64,000 bases of DNA from positions 1,408,001 to 1,472,000 of the forward strand of contig CAWHAE010000012.1 of the NCBI GenBank assembly GCA_963827235.1, written 5' to 3'. A program made the position numbers and the translations under genes. Positions 38,308-47,940 of the stretch are shown here, piece after piece (the first letter of the stretch is position 1; every line of letters starts with the position of its first letter). The notes below the pieces were generated by a model that made no database searches, was not told where the DNA came from, and saw only the letters and a program-made list of their open reading frames with translations. The DNA comes from an uncultured bacterium. Its GTDB lineage: Bacteria > Chloroflexota > UBA5177 > JANWHV01.

Positions 38308-41241
38308 TTACACCGCATCGATCAGGCGTGAGGTTTCGGATAGGCCAAGGCGCCGGAAGATCGTCCGCGCTGTATCCCGCTCCTTGTTTGCCTCCTCGTG
38401 CGAGGCCGCGTCGCTCGCATGAAGGAGGCTCTCAGCCCGGCGTTTGCGCGCCCACGCCTCCTGGTGGGGACATGACATGGTCAGCCAGAGATCGGCCGCG
38501 CGCTGGAAATGCGCGGCTGCCTCTTCATAGCAGCGCTCATGCCCGGCGAGCAGCCCCCGCACAGTCGCGAATCGGGCCCGGGCTAGCACGTTATCGGCGC
38601 GCTGAGCGAGCACCGATAGGCCCTCCAGCAGCTCGCAAGCACTTTGAACCTTTCCCGCGTGGAGGTACACGACAACGCCGTATTCCAGTGCCAACTCCCA
38701 TCCGACCAGGGGCCCACTTGTGCGATAGAGCTCGACGCAACGATCCGTGACCTGCACCGCACGATCGGTATCCTCCAGCTCAAGATAAACGAGTGCCAGG
38801 GTGCTCAAAGTATCGCGCAGGGTGACGACGTCGTCTTCCCGTTCGGCGATGGCTTGCACCTCTTCCAGCATCGATCGGGCTTCTCCGAGCGAGCCGCCGG
38901 TCCGCAACAGTAGCTCACCATGCACCGGACCAGCCAGGAGACGCGCTCTTGGGAAGGCCGTCTCCTCGGCGCGCAGCTCCCGAATAAGAGAGAGTGCCTC
39001 AGTCCAGCGACCAAGCTCCATCTCCGCGTCGGCGAGGTTTGCCAGCAGTTTGGCACGGTGAGACTCCCATCCTGCCCGCTCAACCCATGCCAGCCCTTCT
39101 CGCAATACCTCCGTGGCGCGTACGTTCATACCCAGGCTGCCGAGCGGCCCGGCAAGATTGTTGCACGCGCGCATGATGTCGTGCACCAGACCGCCCTGCA
39201 GCGCAAGTGCCAGACTCTGTTCCAGATACGCGATGCCGCGCTGCAGTTCTCCAAGGTAGAACCATGAAGAACCAACATTATTCAACGCATGCGCTCTGAC
39301 GGCATCATCGCCCAGTACATCGGCCAGCGCGAGCGCCTTCTCACCCCATTCAATGCTCTCCCGTGGCTGATTGGTCAGCATCAGGAGTTGGGACAGCGCA
39401 CTGTACGCCATGGCCAGCTCATGGCTTGGCGGGCCGTCTATCAGTCCGGTAACGGCGGCTCGCGTGTGGGCCAGGGCAGTGCTGATCTCCCCGCGTTCCC
39501 AGGCCACACGGCCCAAACGCCGGGAGAGGTCCGCCGCCCTGTGCTGCTCGCCGATCTGCTCGTAGAGCCGGTGCGCTTCCTGCCAGTGACGCAGGTAGAC
39601 AGCGGTATCACCCAGCGGATATGCCGCCTCGCCCAACTTCGCACGTAGCGCTGCCCGCGTTCGCACGTCGTCGCCGGCGAGCAGCTCGAGCGCCGCCTCA
39701 TAGTGGGTTATGGCTTCGCGATAGGCGGCCATGCGCATTGCGCGATCGCCGGCCTGCTGAGAGTAATGGGCAGCTTTGCCGGTCTGACCGGCCTGTCTGC
39801 TGTGATAGGCCAGGAGATCCACGTGTGGCTCCAGACCGTTCTCCGCTTGCACTTCCAGCGCGGCAAGCACACGCCGGTGCAGGGCGGTACGGCGTGATAC
39901 GCCAAGGCCGGCTTCGACGAACTCTCGGATCACGTCGTGTACGAACGCGTAGCCCTGTTCCTGCTCCACGAGCAACCGCGCCTGGCAGGCAGTATCGAGC
40001 GCCGCGAGCACCTCGTCTTCAGGCTGCGTGGCCACAGCAAACAGGACGGTGCGCGGCATGCTGCGGCCAATCACCGCGGCGATGGCGAGCAACTCGCGGG
40101 CGCTTTCAGGCAAGACGGCAATGCGCTGCCCCAACCCTTGAGCGAGCGTCCACGGAATGGCGTGCACCGGGTCACCAGAAGCACGCAGGCCCTGGGCGCA
40201 ACTGACGACGAAGAACGGCACGCCCCCGGCACGCTGTATCAGTTGGTCCCGTAGCGCAGGATCGGCCGCCTTGCTCTCTTCGCGCAGCCCCTCGAGCAAT
40301 GCACCGACCTCGCTCGCGGTGAGCGGCGCCACGGCGTGCTGCATAGCGAGCCCCGCCTGCGCCAGGTCGGCAAGAAACACGGCGAGCGGATCGCGTGCCG
40401 ACACCTCGGTGTCGCGGTACGCACCCACCACCCGCAGCGGCTCCTCCGCTCGTACCAGCGTTGCCAGCAGGTCGAGCGCATCCCCTCCCGCCCATTGCAG
40501 GTCATCCAGGATCAGCAGCGTGCCTGCCGGGCCTGCCATGTTCTGCAGACAGCGGGCCACCGCCTTGAAGAGGAGGCGGCGCTCCTGATCGGGCGAGACA
40601 TTCCAGGCGGGCAGCGGCTCAATGGGACCGGCAGCCAATTCTGGGAGCAGGCGCACCAACCAGGCGCAGTCTTGCAGTGCCGCACGCAACCGGGGTTGCG
40701 AGAGGGCGTGCAAGGACCGCTCCAGCGCCTCCAGCACGGGCGCGTAGGGCTCCTGGCCGCCGCGGCGCCGGCACCCGCCGTGCAAGACCCGCCAGCCGTG
40801 CGCGACCGCCAGCGCCGCGGCTTCCTGCAACAGCCGCGACTTGCCGATGCCGGGCTCCCCCGTGAACAGCAGCACAGGAGGTCCTTCGGCATCCGCGTGC
40901 CGTTCCAGCAGTGCGAGCTCCGCAGCTCTGCCCACCAATGGGGGGATCGTGGTGCGTGACGACGGCGCCGTGCTTTCCCCCGGATCGCGGACGGGCGCTG
41001 TCATCGAGCTGCGCGAAGCGGCCTCAAATGCTTCGCGCTCAGCTCCCTGCAGACCCAGAGCATCCGCCAGCAGAACGACCGTCCCGCGCTGCGGAAAGCG
41101 GCGCACGCCCCGCTCCAAATTGCTGATGCCGCGCACGCTCAGGTGCGCCCGCTCCGCCAGCTCCTCTTGCGTCAGGCCCGCCGCCCGGCGATAGCGCTGC
41201 AGCAGGTCCGCGAAGCCGGCAGGCTGCGCCCGTATGCCCAT
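38308..41241 (-). CDS. XRE-HTH + STAND ATPase + TPR transcriptional regulator, paralog 2
   Basis: Same N-terminus MGIRAQPAGFADLLQRYRR as paralog 1; GEPGIGKS, LILDDLQW, GGVPFF; TPR-like C-terminus diverged. Confidence 0.9.
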   Translation of the reverse strand: MGIRAQPAGFADLLQRYRRAAGLTQEELAERAHLSVRGISNLERGVRRFPQRGTVVLLADALGLQGAEREAFEAASRSSMTAPVRDPGESTAPSSRTTIPPLVGRAAELALLERHADAEGPPVLLFTGEPGIGKSRLLQEAAALAVAHGWRVLHGGCRRRGGQEPYAPVLEALERSLHALSQPRLRAALQDCAWLVRLLPELAAGPIEPLPAWNVSPDQERRLLFKAVARCLQNMAGPAGTLLILDDLQWAGGDALDLLATLVRAEEPLRVVGAYRDTEVSARDPLAVFLADLAQAGLAMQHAVAPLTASEVGALLEGLREESKAADPALRDQLIQRAGGVPFFVVSCAQGLRASGDPVHAIPWTLAQGLGQRIAVLPESARELLAIAAVIGRSMPRTVLFAVATQPEDEVLAALDTACQARLLVEQEQGYAFVHDVIREFVEAGLGVSRRTALHRRVLAALEVQAENGLEPHVDLLAYHSRQAGQTGKAAHYSQQAGDRAMRMAAYREAITHYEAALELLAGDDVRTRAALRAKLGEAAYPLGDTAVYLRHWQEAHRLYEQIGEQHRAADLSRRLGRVAWERGEISTALAHTRAAVTGLIDGPPSHELAMAYSALSQLLMLTNQPRESIEWGEKALALADVLGDDAVRAHALNNVGSSWFYLGELQRGIAYLEQSLALALQGGLVHDIMRACNNLAGPLGSLGMNVRATEVLREGLAWVERAGWESHRAKLLANLADAEMELGRWTEALSLIRELRAEETAFPRARLLAGPVHGELLLRTGGSLGEARSMLEEVQAIAEREDDVVTLRDTLSTLALVYLELEDTDRAVQVTDRCVELYRTSGPLVGWELALEYGVVVYLHAGKVQSACELLEGLSVLAQRADNVLARARFATVRGLLAGHERCYEEAAAHFQRAADLWLTMSCPHQEAWARKRRAESLLHASDAASHEEANKERDTARTIFRRLGLSETSRLIDAV

Positions 41242-41444
41242 CCCTCGTCTCCCGCCCCAGACTCTTCGCGGGCGCTCCGGCACTCGTACCGATCCTCTGG
41301 TCTCCTGCTGCCCAGTCTAGCAGTTGGACCGCTACTGGGCCGAGCAGCACGGTTGGGTGGGTACGTGGGTTGGTGGTTGGGTGGGTTGTGCATGGTTTGC
41401 CACCCGCTCACCGCGCACAGTGTCTGCGTGACGAGGCCGGATGC
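41051..41444. repeat. ~394-bp near-identical direct repeat, copy 2
   Basis: Matches 35586-35978. Confidence 0.95.
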
Positions 41445-41452
41445 GCAGGGCC

Positions 41453-41518
41453 TTGGCGTGCTATTGGGGATCACTTTGTGGCTTTTGGGTGGCGGCCTGA
41501 ACCAGCCCGATGCAGACT
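41453..41518 (+). promoter_or_regulatory. putative activator-dependent promoter (TTTTGGGTGG-N19-GCAGACT)
   Basis: Same motif and spacing as 30333-30368. Confidence 0.5.
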
Positions 41519-41745
41519 GAAAGAAGCGGTAGACGCCGGCCGGCGGCAGACAGCGATCATTCGGCCGAGGCCGCGTTGCACTGAAGCCCATGTGTGTCCG
41601 TCATCGGAGGAGAATCATTCAATGTTGGCTTTTGACGCTGCGTTCGGCCGGCAGTGTCTGCACAGATGACGATCATAGCCTGCCGTGGCGCAGAACCAAC
41701 CCCACGGCTCCCCAGTCGGCGACGAGGTTCGCGGGAGACGGAAAC

Positions 41746-43185
41746 ATGAGACAACGCGTACGCCCATCCACGTTGCTTGCCCCGGTTGTGCTCGCCCTGC
41801 TCACGGTGGCGATGGTTCATCCGGTGTACGCCGAACGGCAGTCAGCACACTCGGGTGTGGTGTCAACTATCGCCGGCACCGGGCCCCTGGCCCCGCCGGC
41901 CGCGGCACAGGCATTTGAGATGCCGAGAACCAACGGCCGCTCGCCCGGGTTGCTGCCCAACCCTGCCGCACCGCCTTCAGAGGCACTGATCAAGCCAATC
42001 ATCGCGCCGTCCCCGATACCCGTGCGACCAGTCGGACCTGTCAACGCTCCCGGTACGTACGTGCTGCAGGCGACCACGTCGTCGGTAAGCGTGAAATGGT
42101 ATGACCGCTCCGACAACGAGCTGGGATTCAGAGTGTTCCGCCGCGACACGTCGGGCAACTGGCAGATGGTCTACCAGGTCGCGAGCCGCGACATGCATGG
42201 CTTTGGAACCGGTACCAACTTCGACTACACCTGGGTGGATACCAGCACCAACATCAGCGGCCAATGCTACAAGATCGCCGCCTACAACATCACAAACGCC
42301 GGCGATACCGCCGAGGAGTGCACCGTGCGCCCGGACCCCAGCCGATTTCCGCAAACGGTCTCCGTCACCGTGCCATCGTGGAGCGGGTTGAGCGACACCA
42401 ATGACGGCACCGGCAGTCTGGTGAACACGGACATCGAGCAGAATCTGAAGTACGGCGAACGAACCTGGGGTGTCAATCTGACCTGGGGGAACAGCTCGCT
42501 CTGGCGGGTCGAGGCGCAGGGCGGGCCGCATCTGATGAAAGGGCAGGCCGTGGCGCTCAAGGTTTGGGGCGGCGGCTGGCTGAAGTACGGCAACCAGACC
42601 TTCGGTGTGGACTTGCAGCTGTCGGCCACACCGGTCTACGAATGGTACGCCATCGGACTGAAGAATGATCCCAGCAAGCGGACATGGGCCGGATCGAGCC
42701 TGACGGACGGTGGGTCGTTCGCACTCTGGAACAGCTCAGCACACCTGTACCTCGTCCCCGGTTACCAGACCTGGGGCATCGGCCTCCAATGGTACGACGG
42801 GGCCTTGACGTCTCCTGCCCCGACACCAGTCCCGACCCACGGCGTGAAGACCGAGCGGGTGTTGAACTGTTCGGTCGACCAGCAACCGGTCGAGGTGTGG
42901 ATCGCCGATCAGACGGCCGGAGGCGGGTTCGTCGACAAGGGCCGAGTCGACGAGCAGTACGGGTCGGACGGCTGCCCTACCGCCGGCAGCGTGCCGCTCA
43001 CTTTCAGCCCGCTGTCCGGTCATCACTATCTGCTGGTCGCCACCGACAGTGCGTTGCCCGGCTGTGACGGCAGTAACGACCCGCAGCAGGGCGAGTGCCA
43101 GAAGATGACCGTGCAGTTCGACGGTGACGCGAACGGCTTCACGCGCACCGACATCGTCGACGACGGCACCGTGATCACACCGTGA
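41746..43185 (+). CDS. secreted multidomain protein, paralog B of 30445-31902
   Basis: Signal peptide (MVHPVYA); same FN3-like, threefold-repeat and C-terminal domains; GGGAG before ATG 41746. Confidence 0.82.
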   Translation: MRQRVRPSTLLAPVVLALLTVAMVHPVYAERQSAHSGVVSTIAGTGPLAPPAAAQAFEMPRTNGRSPGLLPNPAAPPSEALIKPIIAPSPIPVRPVGPVNAPGTYVLQATTSSVSVKWYDRSDNELGFRVFRRDTSGNWQMVYQVASRDMHGFGTGTNFDYTWVDTSTNISGQCYKIAAYNITNAGDTAEECTVRPDPSRFPQTVSVTVPSWSGLSDTNDGTGSLVNTDIEQNLKYGERTWGVNLTWGNSSLWRVEAQGGPHLMKGQAVALKVWGGGWLKYGNQTFGVDLQLSATPVYEWYAIGLKNDPSKRTWAGSSLTDGGSFALWNSSAHLYLVPGYQTWGIGLQWYDGALTSPAPTPVPTHGVKTERVLNCSVDQQPVEVWIADQTAGGGFVDKGRVDEQYGSDGCPTAGSVPLTFSPLSGHHYLLVATDSALPGCDGSNDPQQGECQKMTVQFDGDANGFTRTDIVDDGTVITP

Positions 43186-43387
43186 GCCACGGTGAAGCCA
43201 GGGTGGAACCTGCAGACGCAGTGCGAGAGGTAATAGGCCAGGATGGATTGGTGCGCGCGCCGGTGAGTGCTGTGATCGCGGTGATGCCGGCGTGAAGCGT
43301 ATCTACTGCGCAGTGGAAAGATCTAGCGAACGGCAAGGCTCATTTATCGTGGCCGGCGGCGACCGGCGGCTGGGGAGGCTATGCACC

Positions 43388-44524
43388 ATGATTCTGCTAC
43401 GACCGGTTTATTCGATGGGCGTCCGAGCAATGCTGGTCGTGTTAACGCTGACGGTGACTGGTCTTGAGCAGTCTCATGCCGTCATGCGGGCACTGAGCGC
43501 GCCGCTCGGCACGTCGTCGGCGATCAGTGCTACTGCGCCCCTCTCATCGCGGACCGTCTATGTGGGCTCAGAGGACGGCAATCTCTATGCCCTCGATGCC
43601 CAAACTGGACGCCCTCGGTGGCACTTCGCGACTGGAGGTGCCGTTGACTCCTCCCCGACCGTAGCAGCTGGAGTGGTGTACGTCGGTTCGAACGACCACA
43701 ATGCCTACGCCATCGATGCCCGCACCGGCCGCGAGCTCTGGCACTTCAAGACGGGATTCACTATCAAGGCGTCCCCGATTGTGGCGGCTGGGATCGTGTA
43801 TGTGGGCTCGTATGATCAATATCTCTACGCGCTGGATGCCCGGACCGGTCATCTGCGTTGGCGCTTCTCAACCCATAGCATGACCAACACACCCGCCGTA
43901 GCCACCGGAGTGGTTTATGTCGGCTCCCTTAGCATCCTTAACCCAGGTGGCAGCTTTTATGCCCTGGATGCCCAGACCGGTCACCCCCGCTGGCATGTCG
44001 ACACGGACGATATCCTGGACTCTTCTCCCAAGTTGGCGGCCGGCGTAGTCTACGTTGGCTCGTCGTCCGGCCATTTCCTCTACGCTCTAGATAGCCGGAC
44101 CGGGCGTGTGCTCTGGCGCTTCCAGGCGGGGGAAGCGATGGAGTCTTCACCCACAGTGGCGGCCGGGGTGGTTTATGTCGGGTCGGACGACGGCAACGTC
44201 TACGCTGTCGACGCACTGACGGGCCATCAGCGCTGGCGCTTCCGGACAGGGGACTTGGTCGAGTCAGCACCCGCGGTGACGGCCGGGGTGGTCTACGTCG
44301 GCTCGGAGAATGGTTATCTCTACGCCCTCGACGGCCGCACCGGCCGCCAGCGCTGGCGCCTTGAGACGGGCGGCGACATAGTCTCTTCGCCCGCGGTGGC
44401 GGCCGGGATGGTCTACCTTGGCTCGGACGACTCGCGGGTCTACGCCGTAGACGCACAGACCGGTCGTCAGCGCTGGCACTTCCTTACAGGAGACCACGTG
44501 GTGTCATCACCAGCCATCGGCTGA
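43388..44524 (+). CDS. secreted PQQ-like/BamB-type eight-bladed beta-propeller protein
   Basis: Eight ~40-aa repeats VYVGSxDxxLYALDAxTGxxRWxFxTGxxVxSSPxVAAG; N-terminal hydrophobic signal; GGGAGG before ATG 43388. Confidence 0.9.
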   Translation: MILLRPVYSMGVRAMLVVLTLTVTGLEQSHAVMRALSAPLGTSSAISATAPLSSRTVYVGSEDGNLYALDAQTGRPRWHFATGGAVDSSPTVAAGVVYVGSNDHNAYAIDARTGRELWHFKTGFTIKASPIVAAGIVYVGSYDQYLYALDARTGHLRWRFSTHSMTNTPAVATGVVYVGSLSILNPGGSFYALDAQTGHPRWHVDTDDILDSSPKLAAGVVYVGSSSGHFLYALDSRTGRVLWRFQAGEAMESSPTVAAGVVYVGSDDGNVYAVDALTGHQRWRFRTGDLVESAPAVTAGVVYVGSENGYLYALDGRTGRQRWRLETGGDIVSSPAVAAGMVYLGSDDSRVYAVDAQTGRQRWHFLTGDHVVSSPAIG

Positions 44525-44593
44525 CACACGAGACAGAACGTGACACCACGCACATGGGTGAACAGCCCATACATGTATTCAAGGGATACTTCG

Positions 44594-45040
44594 ATGCATC
44601 TACCACGAATCGGCGCCCTCACACTCGCTCTTGCCTTGGCAAGCGGTAGTGCCGGACTACATGTCCTGGCTGCCCCGACCGAGGCTATCACTACCGACGT
44701 CGACATGTCGTCGTGTGCGACGCAGCCTGCCACCTTCAGCGTGCAGACCGTGCATGGGATCTCAGTCGTCAGTCCGGTGCGGCTGGTGGTGTTCGGGAAC
44801 TGTTTCGAACAGGGAGCCTCGATCACGATCTGGGACTCCCGCAGTGATGTCTCCCTGACCAACGGCTGGCATTTCCTGCCGGCCAATTCCGCCGAGCAAG
44901 TCCGCTACACGGTGCCCAATGCCGTATGTCACCACCTGCTGGAGGTCAGAGTTCTGGATGTCGCACGAAACAGCCTCGCGCTCGGCAACGGGAAGGTCTA
45001 CGGCCCATGCCAGTCGCCACCGCCCGTGCTCAACTTGTGA
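44594..45040 (+). CDS. secreted hypothetical protein
   Basis: Signal-like MHLPRIGALTLALALASG, then a beta-rich domain with 4 Cys. Confidence 0.6.
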   Translation: MHLPRIGALTLALALASGSAGLHVLAAPTEAITTDVDMSSCATQPATFSVQTVHGISVVSPVRLVVFGNCFEQGASITIWDSRSDVSLTNGWHFLPANSAEQVRYTVPNAVCHHLLEVRVLDVARNSLALGNGKVYGPCQSPPPVLNL

Positions 45041-45243
45041 GACACGGCGTTCGGGCATCCCACCACGCTGTTAGTCCCCGTGGCGAACGTGGGCGCCTAT
45101 CCAGAATGCCGTGACGCTGATCGGTCCAGCTCGGGCGCTGAATCGCCAGCCGAAGTTCGACGAGCACCGCAGGGACGTTGCACGAACTGCTGCCGGTTTC
45201 CCCCATGAGGTAACCGGCAGCAGCCAGTAGTAGGAGAAATGAC

Positions 45244-45651
45244 ATGATCGACGTCCAGTTACGCCCCAGCGTGCCGGGCTGTGTGACGATGCCCCTGGGC
45301 TGCCTATCGCTCGGTCTGGTCCCGCTCCTGACGCTCTGGGGGGAGCGCCACTTCGCTCGGCGCATGGACCAGGCCGGCGTGGTGACGCGCGGGGGCAAGC
45401 GAATCGCCTGGAGCGAGTTCACGAGCATCAAGCGGGCCCAGGGCGTCGTTGGACCCGGACGGCGCGTTCTGCAGGTGAATGTTTCCGACGACCTCTACTC
45501 GCCCACGACCCACGCCACATCCGATGAGTACGTGCTGCGGTCGCCCAAGGGCCGGGTTTCCGTGCCATTTTGGCGGGCGGCGAACGGGGACGAGGTGCGC
45601 GCGTTCACGCTAGAGCACGTGCCGGCGAACCTGCTGCCGCCGAAGCCGTAG
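45244..45651 (+). CDS. hypothetical membrane-anchored protein (PH-like beta region)
   Basis: AGGAG RBS; one hydrophobic segment, then MDQAGVVTRGGKRIAWSEFTSI. Confidence 0.65.
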   Translation: MIDVQLRPSVPGCVTMPLGCLSLGLVPLLTLWGERHFARRMDQAGVVTRGGKRIAWSEFTSIKRAQGVVGPGRRVLQVNVSDDLYSPTTHATSDEYVLRSPKGRVSVPFWRAANGDEVRAFTLEHVPANLLPPKP

Positions 45652-45717
45652 GGCAGGGCAGCTACGTCGCAGAGGCGGCATCCCAGCCGCCGAACTGCTG
45701 GCCGAGGGAGGGCAAGA

Positions 45718-46901
45718 ATGCACATCACCTGGGTTCACGCCAGCCTGGTAGTTGCCGTGCTGCTGCTCAACGGGCTCGCCCCGGCGACCGGCCGTGCCCA
45801 GACGCCGCAGCCGGCCGCTGACCTGCGACAGGCGCTGACCATGGCCCCGATCACCGCCAGCACGGTCTCCTTCACGGACTGGGCACTGCTCAAGCAGTAC
45901 GAGGGGGCCAGCGGGCTGACCAGCAAGAGCGGCGCGCAGGACCGCCTGCGCTTCATCTTGTCGCTCACCAAGGACCAGGCCGAGGCCTCGGCCTATGGCT
46001 TGAGCTATTTCGTGGGGCACGCCACAGCCTGGGGCTGGGACTCCACCGACCTGCTCTGGGAGATCAACGTCCAGACCGCCAGTGGGAGCCCGGCCTATGT
46101 GCTCCGGTTCCGCGACGATTTCGACTTCGCCCCGGTGGTCGCGCACTTCATCAAGCGCGGCTTCAGCAGGAACGAGTATCATGGCGTGCCGATCTACTCC
46201 CACAACCTGGATTTCACTGCCAGTTGGGCCACCTCCAGCGACCTGGCCATATTCAATACCGCCGTGCTGGCGACGAAACGGACGCTCGTGCTCTCCGGCT
46301 CGGCGGAGTCCGTGCGCGGTGTCCTCGACGTCATCCGTGGTGCAGCCCCCGCGCTCACCGGGGATCGCTGGACACCGGCCACCATCAGCCGGCTGGACAC
46401 GATGGCCGCGGCCATGATCCTGCCGGGCGCCGGAGCCTGCCCCCGGATCTCGGCGCGGCGCTGCTCGCCAAGGGGTACGAGCATTCGGTGATGGGCGCGC
46501 TGCTGAAGGAGCTCCACCCATACGTGGAGCTTGGCATCGGCTACCGTGACGAGGGTGGCCGCCCGGTGGGGCTGCTGGTTATGCACTACCTGAACGCCAG
46601 GGAGGCGAAGGCGGATCTGGTGCCGCGCCGCTCGCTGGCGCAGAACGGCTTTAGCAGCGTGGACCAAAGGCCATACCGTGATGTGCTCTTCACGGTCGCG
46701 AGCGCCGCGGTGGCGGGCAGCGACCTGGTGCTGCAACTGCACCCGGTTGGCAACAAGCCACAGCATCTCTTTGAGATGGCCGATAACCGAGATATGCTCT
46801 TTGCGGCGTGCCCCCCTACCACGGTACAGGACCGACGACGACCCGCGTGGAGTGAGGGAGGTAGAGCAAACGACGGCTCTACCCCCGGCGGCCCGTGTTA
46901 G
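45718..46901 (+). pseudogene. secreted hypothetical protein with a frameshift in a C5 run at 46440-46444
   Basis: The signal-peptide ORF 45718-46491 turns to nonsense after AGACP; a protein-like continuation PDLGAALLAKGY...DMLFAACP lies in another frame; one extra C restores it. Confidence 0.7.
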
Positions 46902-47061
46902 GGTACTGAAACGTAGTGCAGCCAGGTGCGCCCATCATCACTGCTTCGATAGACTCCCTGCGCGGCCCCCGCGTAGGCGGTGCGACCGTCGGGGGCCGCG
47001 AGCAGCGCCCAGATCTGCGGGTCGTCGTTCCCCGTGCTGCCGGGCACCGGTGCCCAGCTCC
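46895..47061. repeat. ~167-bp direct repeat, left copy (3' end of a BNR-repeat gene)
   Basis: Near-identical to 61922-62087. Confidence 0.95.
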
Positions 47062-47857
47062 CTTCCTGCCTCACCCGGCGGAACGGTTCGTCGCCACCAT
47101 TTTCGGGCGCGCCCGAGATGTGGCGCCATCCCATCGCTCCCACCGCAAGTGCGGCGACATACTCAGACGCGACTGGTAGGTCCAGGATCAATATCGGGTG
47201 GGCCTCGCCGTCATCGCCTGCCAACCGGTGCAACCGGTCACTTTGGCCCTGGATCGGGGCTACCGTTATCTCACGAGGGGAGCGGCTGAGTCCCTCGCCG
47301 AGGGCTTTCATGGCGGCTTCCTTGCGCGTCCATGCCACGAGGAAGGCCGTGAGCCTGTCGCACGACGGAAGGGAGCAATACACACTGTACTCCCGATCTC
47401 CCATCACGGATTGGGCGAGAGGGTCAAGGTCGGGTATTTGGCGTCTGTATTCGACATCTACGCCGAGCGGACACGACCTGGCGACTGCGAGCAGCCCAAG
47501 CTCCCGGGAGTGGGATACGTTGAAGCAGAGCCTGTGCAGATGACGGCCCGCCAGCTCTGGTTTTCCGTGGGGCGAATACCGGAACACTATCTGGCTTGGG
47601 TCGTCGTCGAGATAGGCGCCGAGGATCGCGCGCAGGAGCCCTCTGGCTACGACAAACCGTCTTCTATCCGCCTCGAAGTGAAAGCCGCCGGCGCGTCGGA
47701 GCTCCTCCGGCGACAGCATTGTCTCAAGCCGGCTGATACACGCTGAGGGCTGATCGAGGCGAGCGTGCCAGAGGTGAACCTCGTTCAAGCGCAGGGGCCG
47801 GCGCTGCACGGGGTTATCAGTAAGCCACAATCCGTTCGTCGGAACATGGGGCATCAT
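46898..47857 (-). CDS. Sfp-type 4'-phosphopantetheinyl transferase with a captured BNR-repeat tail
   Basis: EVHLW, LSPEELRRA, RGLLRAILGAYL, HGKPEL, FNVSHS, LGVDVE, WTRKEAAMKALGEGL; the last ~52 aa come from the direct repeat. Confidence 0.9.
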   Translation of the reverse strand: MMPHVPTNGLWLTDNPVQRRPLRLNEVHLWHARLDQPSACISRLETMLSPEELRRAGGFHFEADRRRFVVARGLLRAILGAYLDDDPSQIVFRYSPHGKPELAGRHLHRLCFNVSHSRELGLLAVARSCPLGVDVEYRRQIPDLDPLAQSVMGDREYSVYCSLPSCDRLTAFLVAWTRKEAAMKALGEGLSRSPREITVAPIQGQSDRLHRLAGDDGEAHPILILDLPVASEYVAALAVGAMGWRHISGAPENGGDEPFRRVRQEGSWAPVPGSTGNDDPQIWALLAAPDGRTAYAGAAQGVYRSSDDGRTWLHYVSVP

Positions 47858-47940
47858 GGCCGGCCACACGCTTGAGCCTTGTCCAGGCAAGCCGCCACTT
47901 GTCGCGACGGCACCCTGGAAGTGGGCTCGCTCTTTCGCTC

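Noticed and set aside
36879-38750. 623-aa ORF
   Set aside because: Only the first ~21 codons from ATG 36900 look real (ScyD/E signal region); the rest is out of frame and overlaps STAND gene 2.
32837-41241. Avs-type antiphage STAND system
   Set aside because: The N-terminal domain is an XRE HTH, not a nuclease, TIR, SIR2 or protease effector; the architecture fits transcriptional regulators.
43550-44520. Regular ~120-bp repeats resembling an array
   Set aside because: In-frame, degenerate protein-coding propeller repeats; not CRISPR (no constant repeat with unique spacers, no cas genes).
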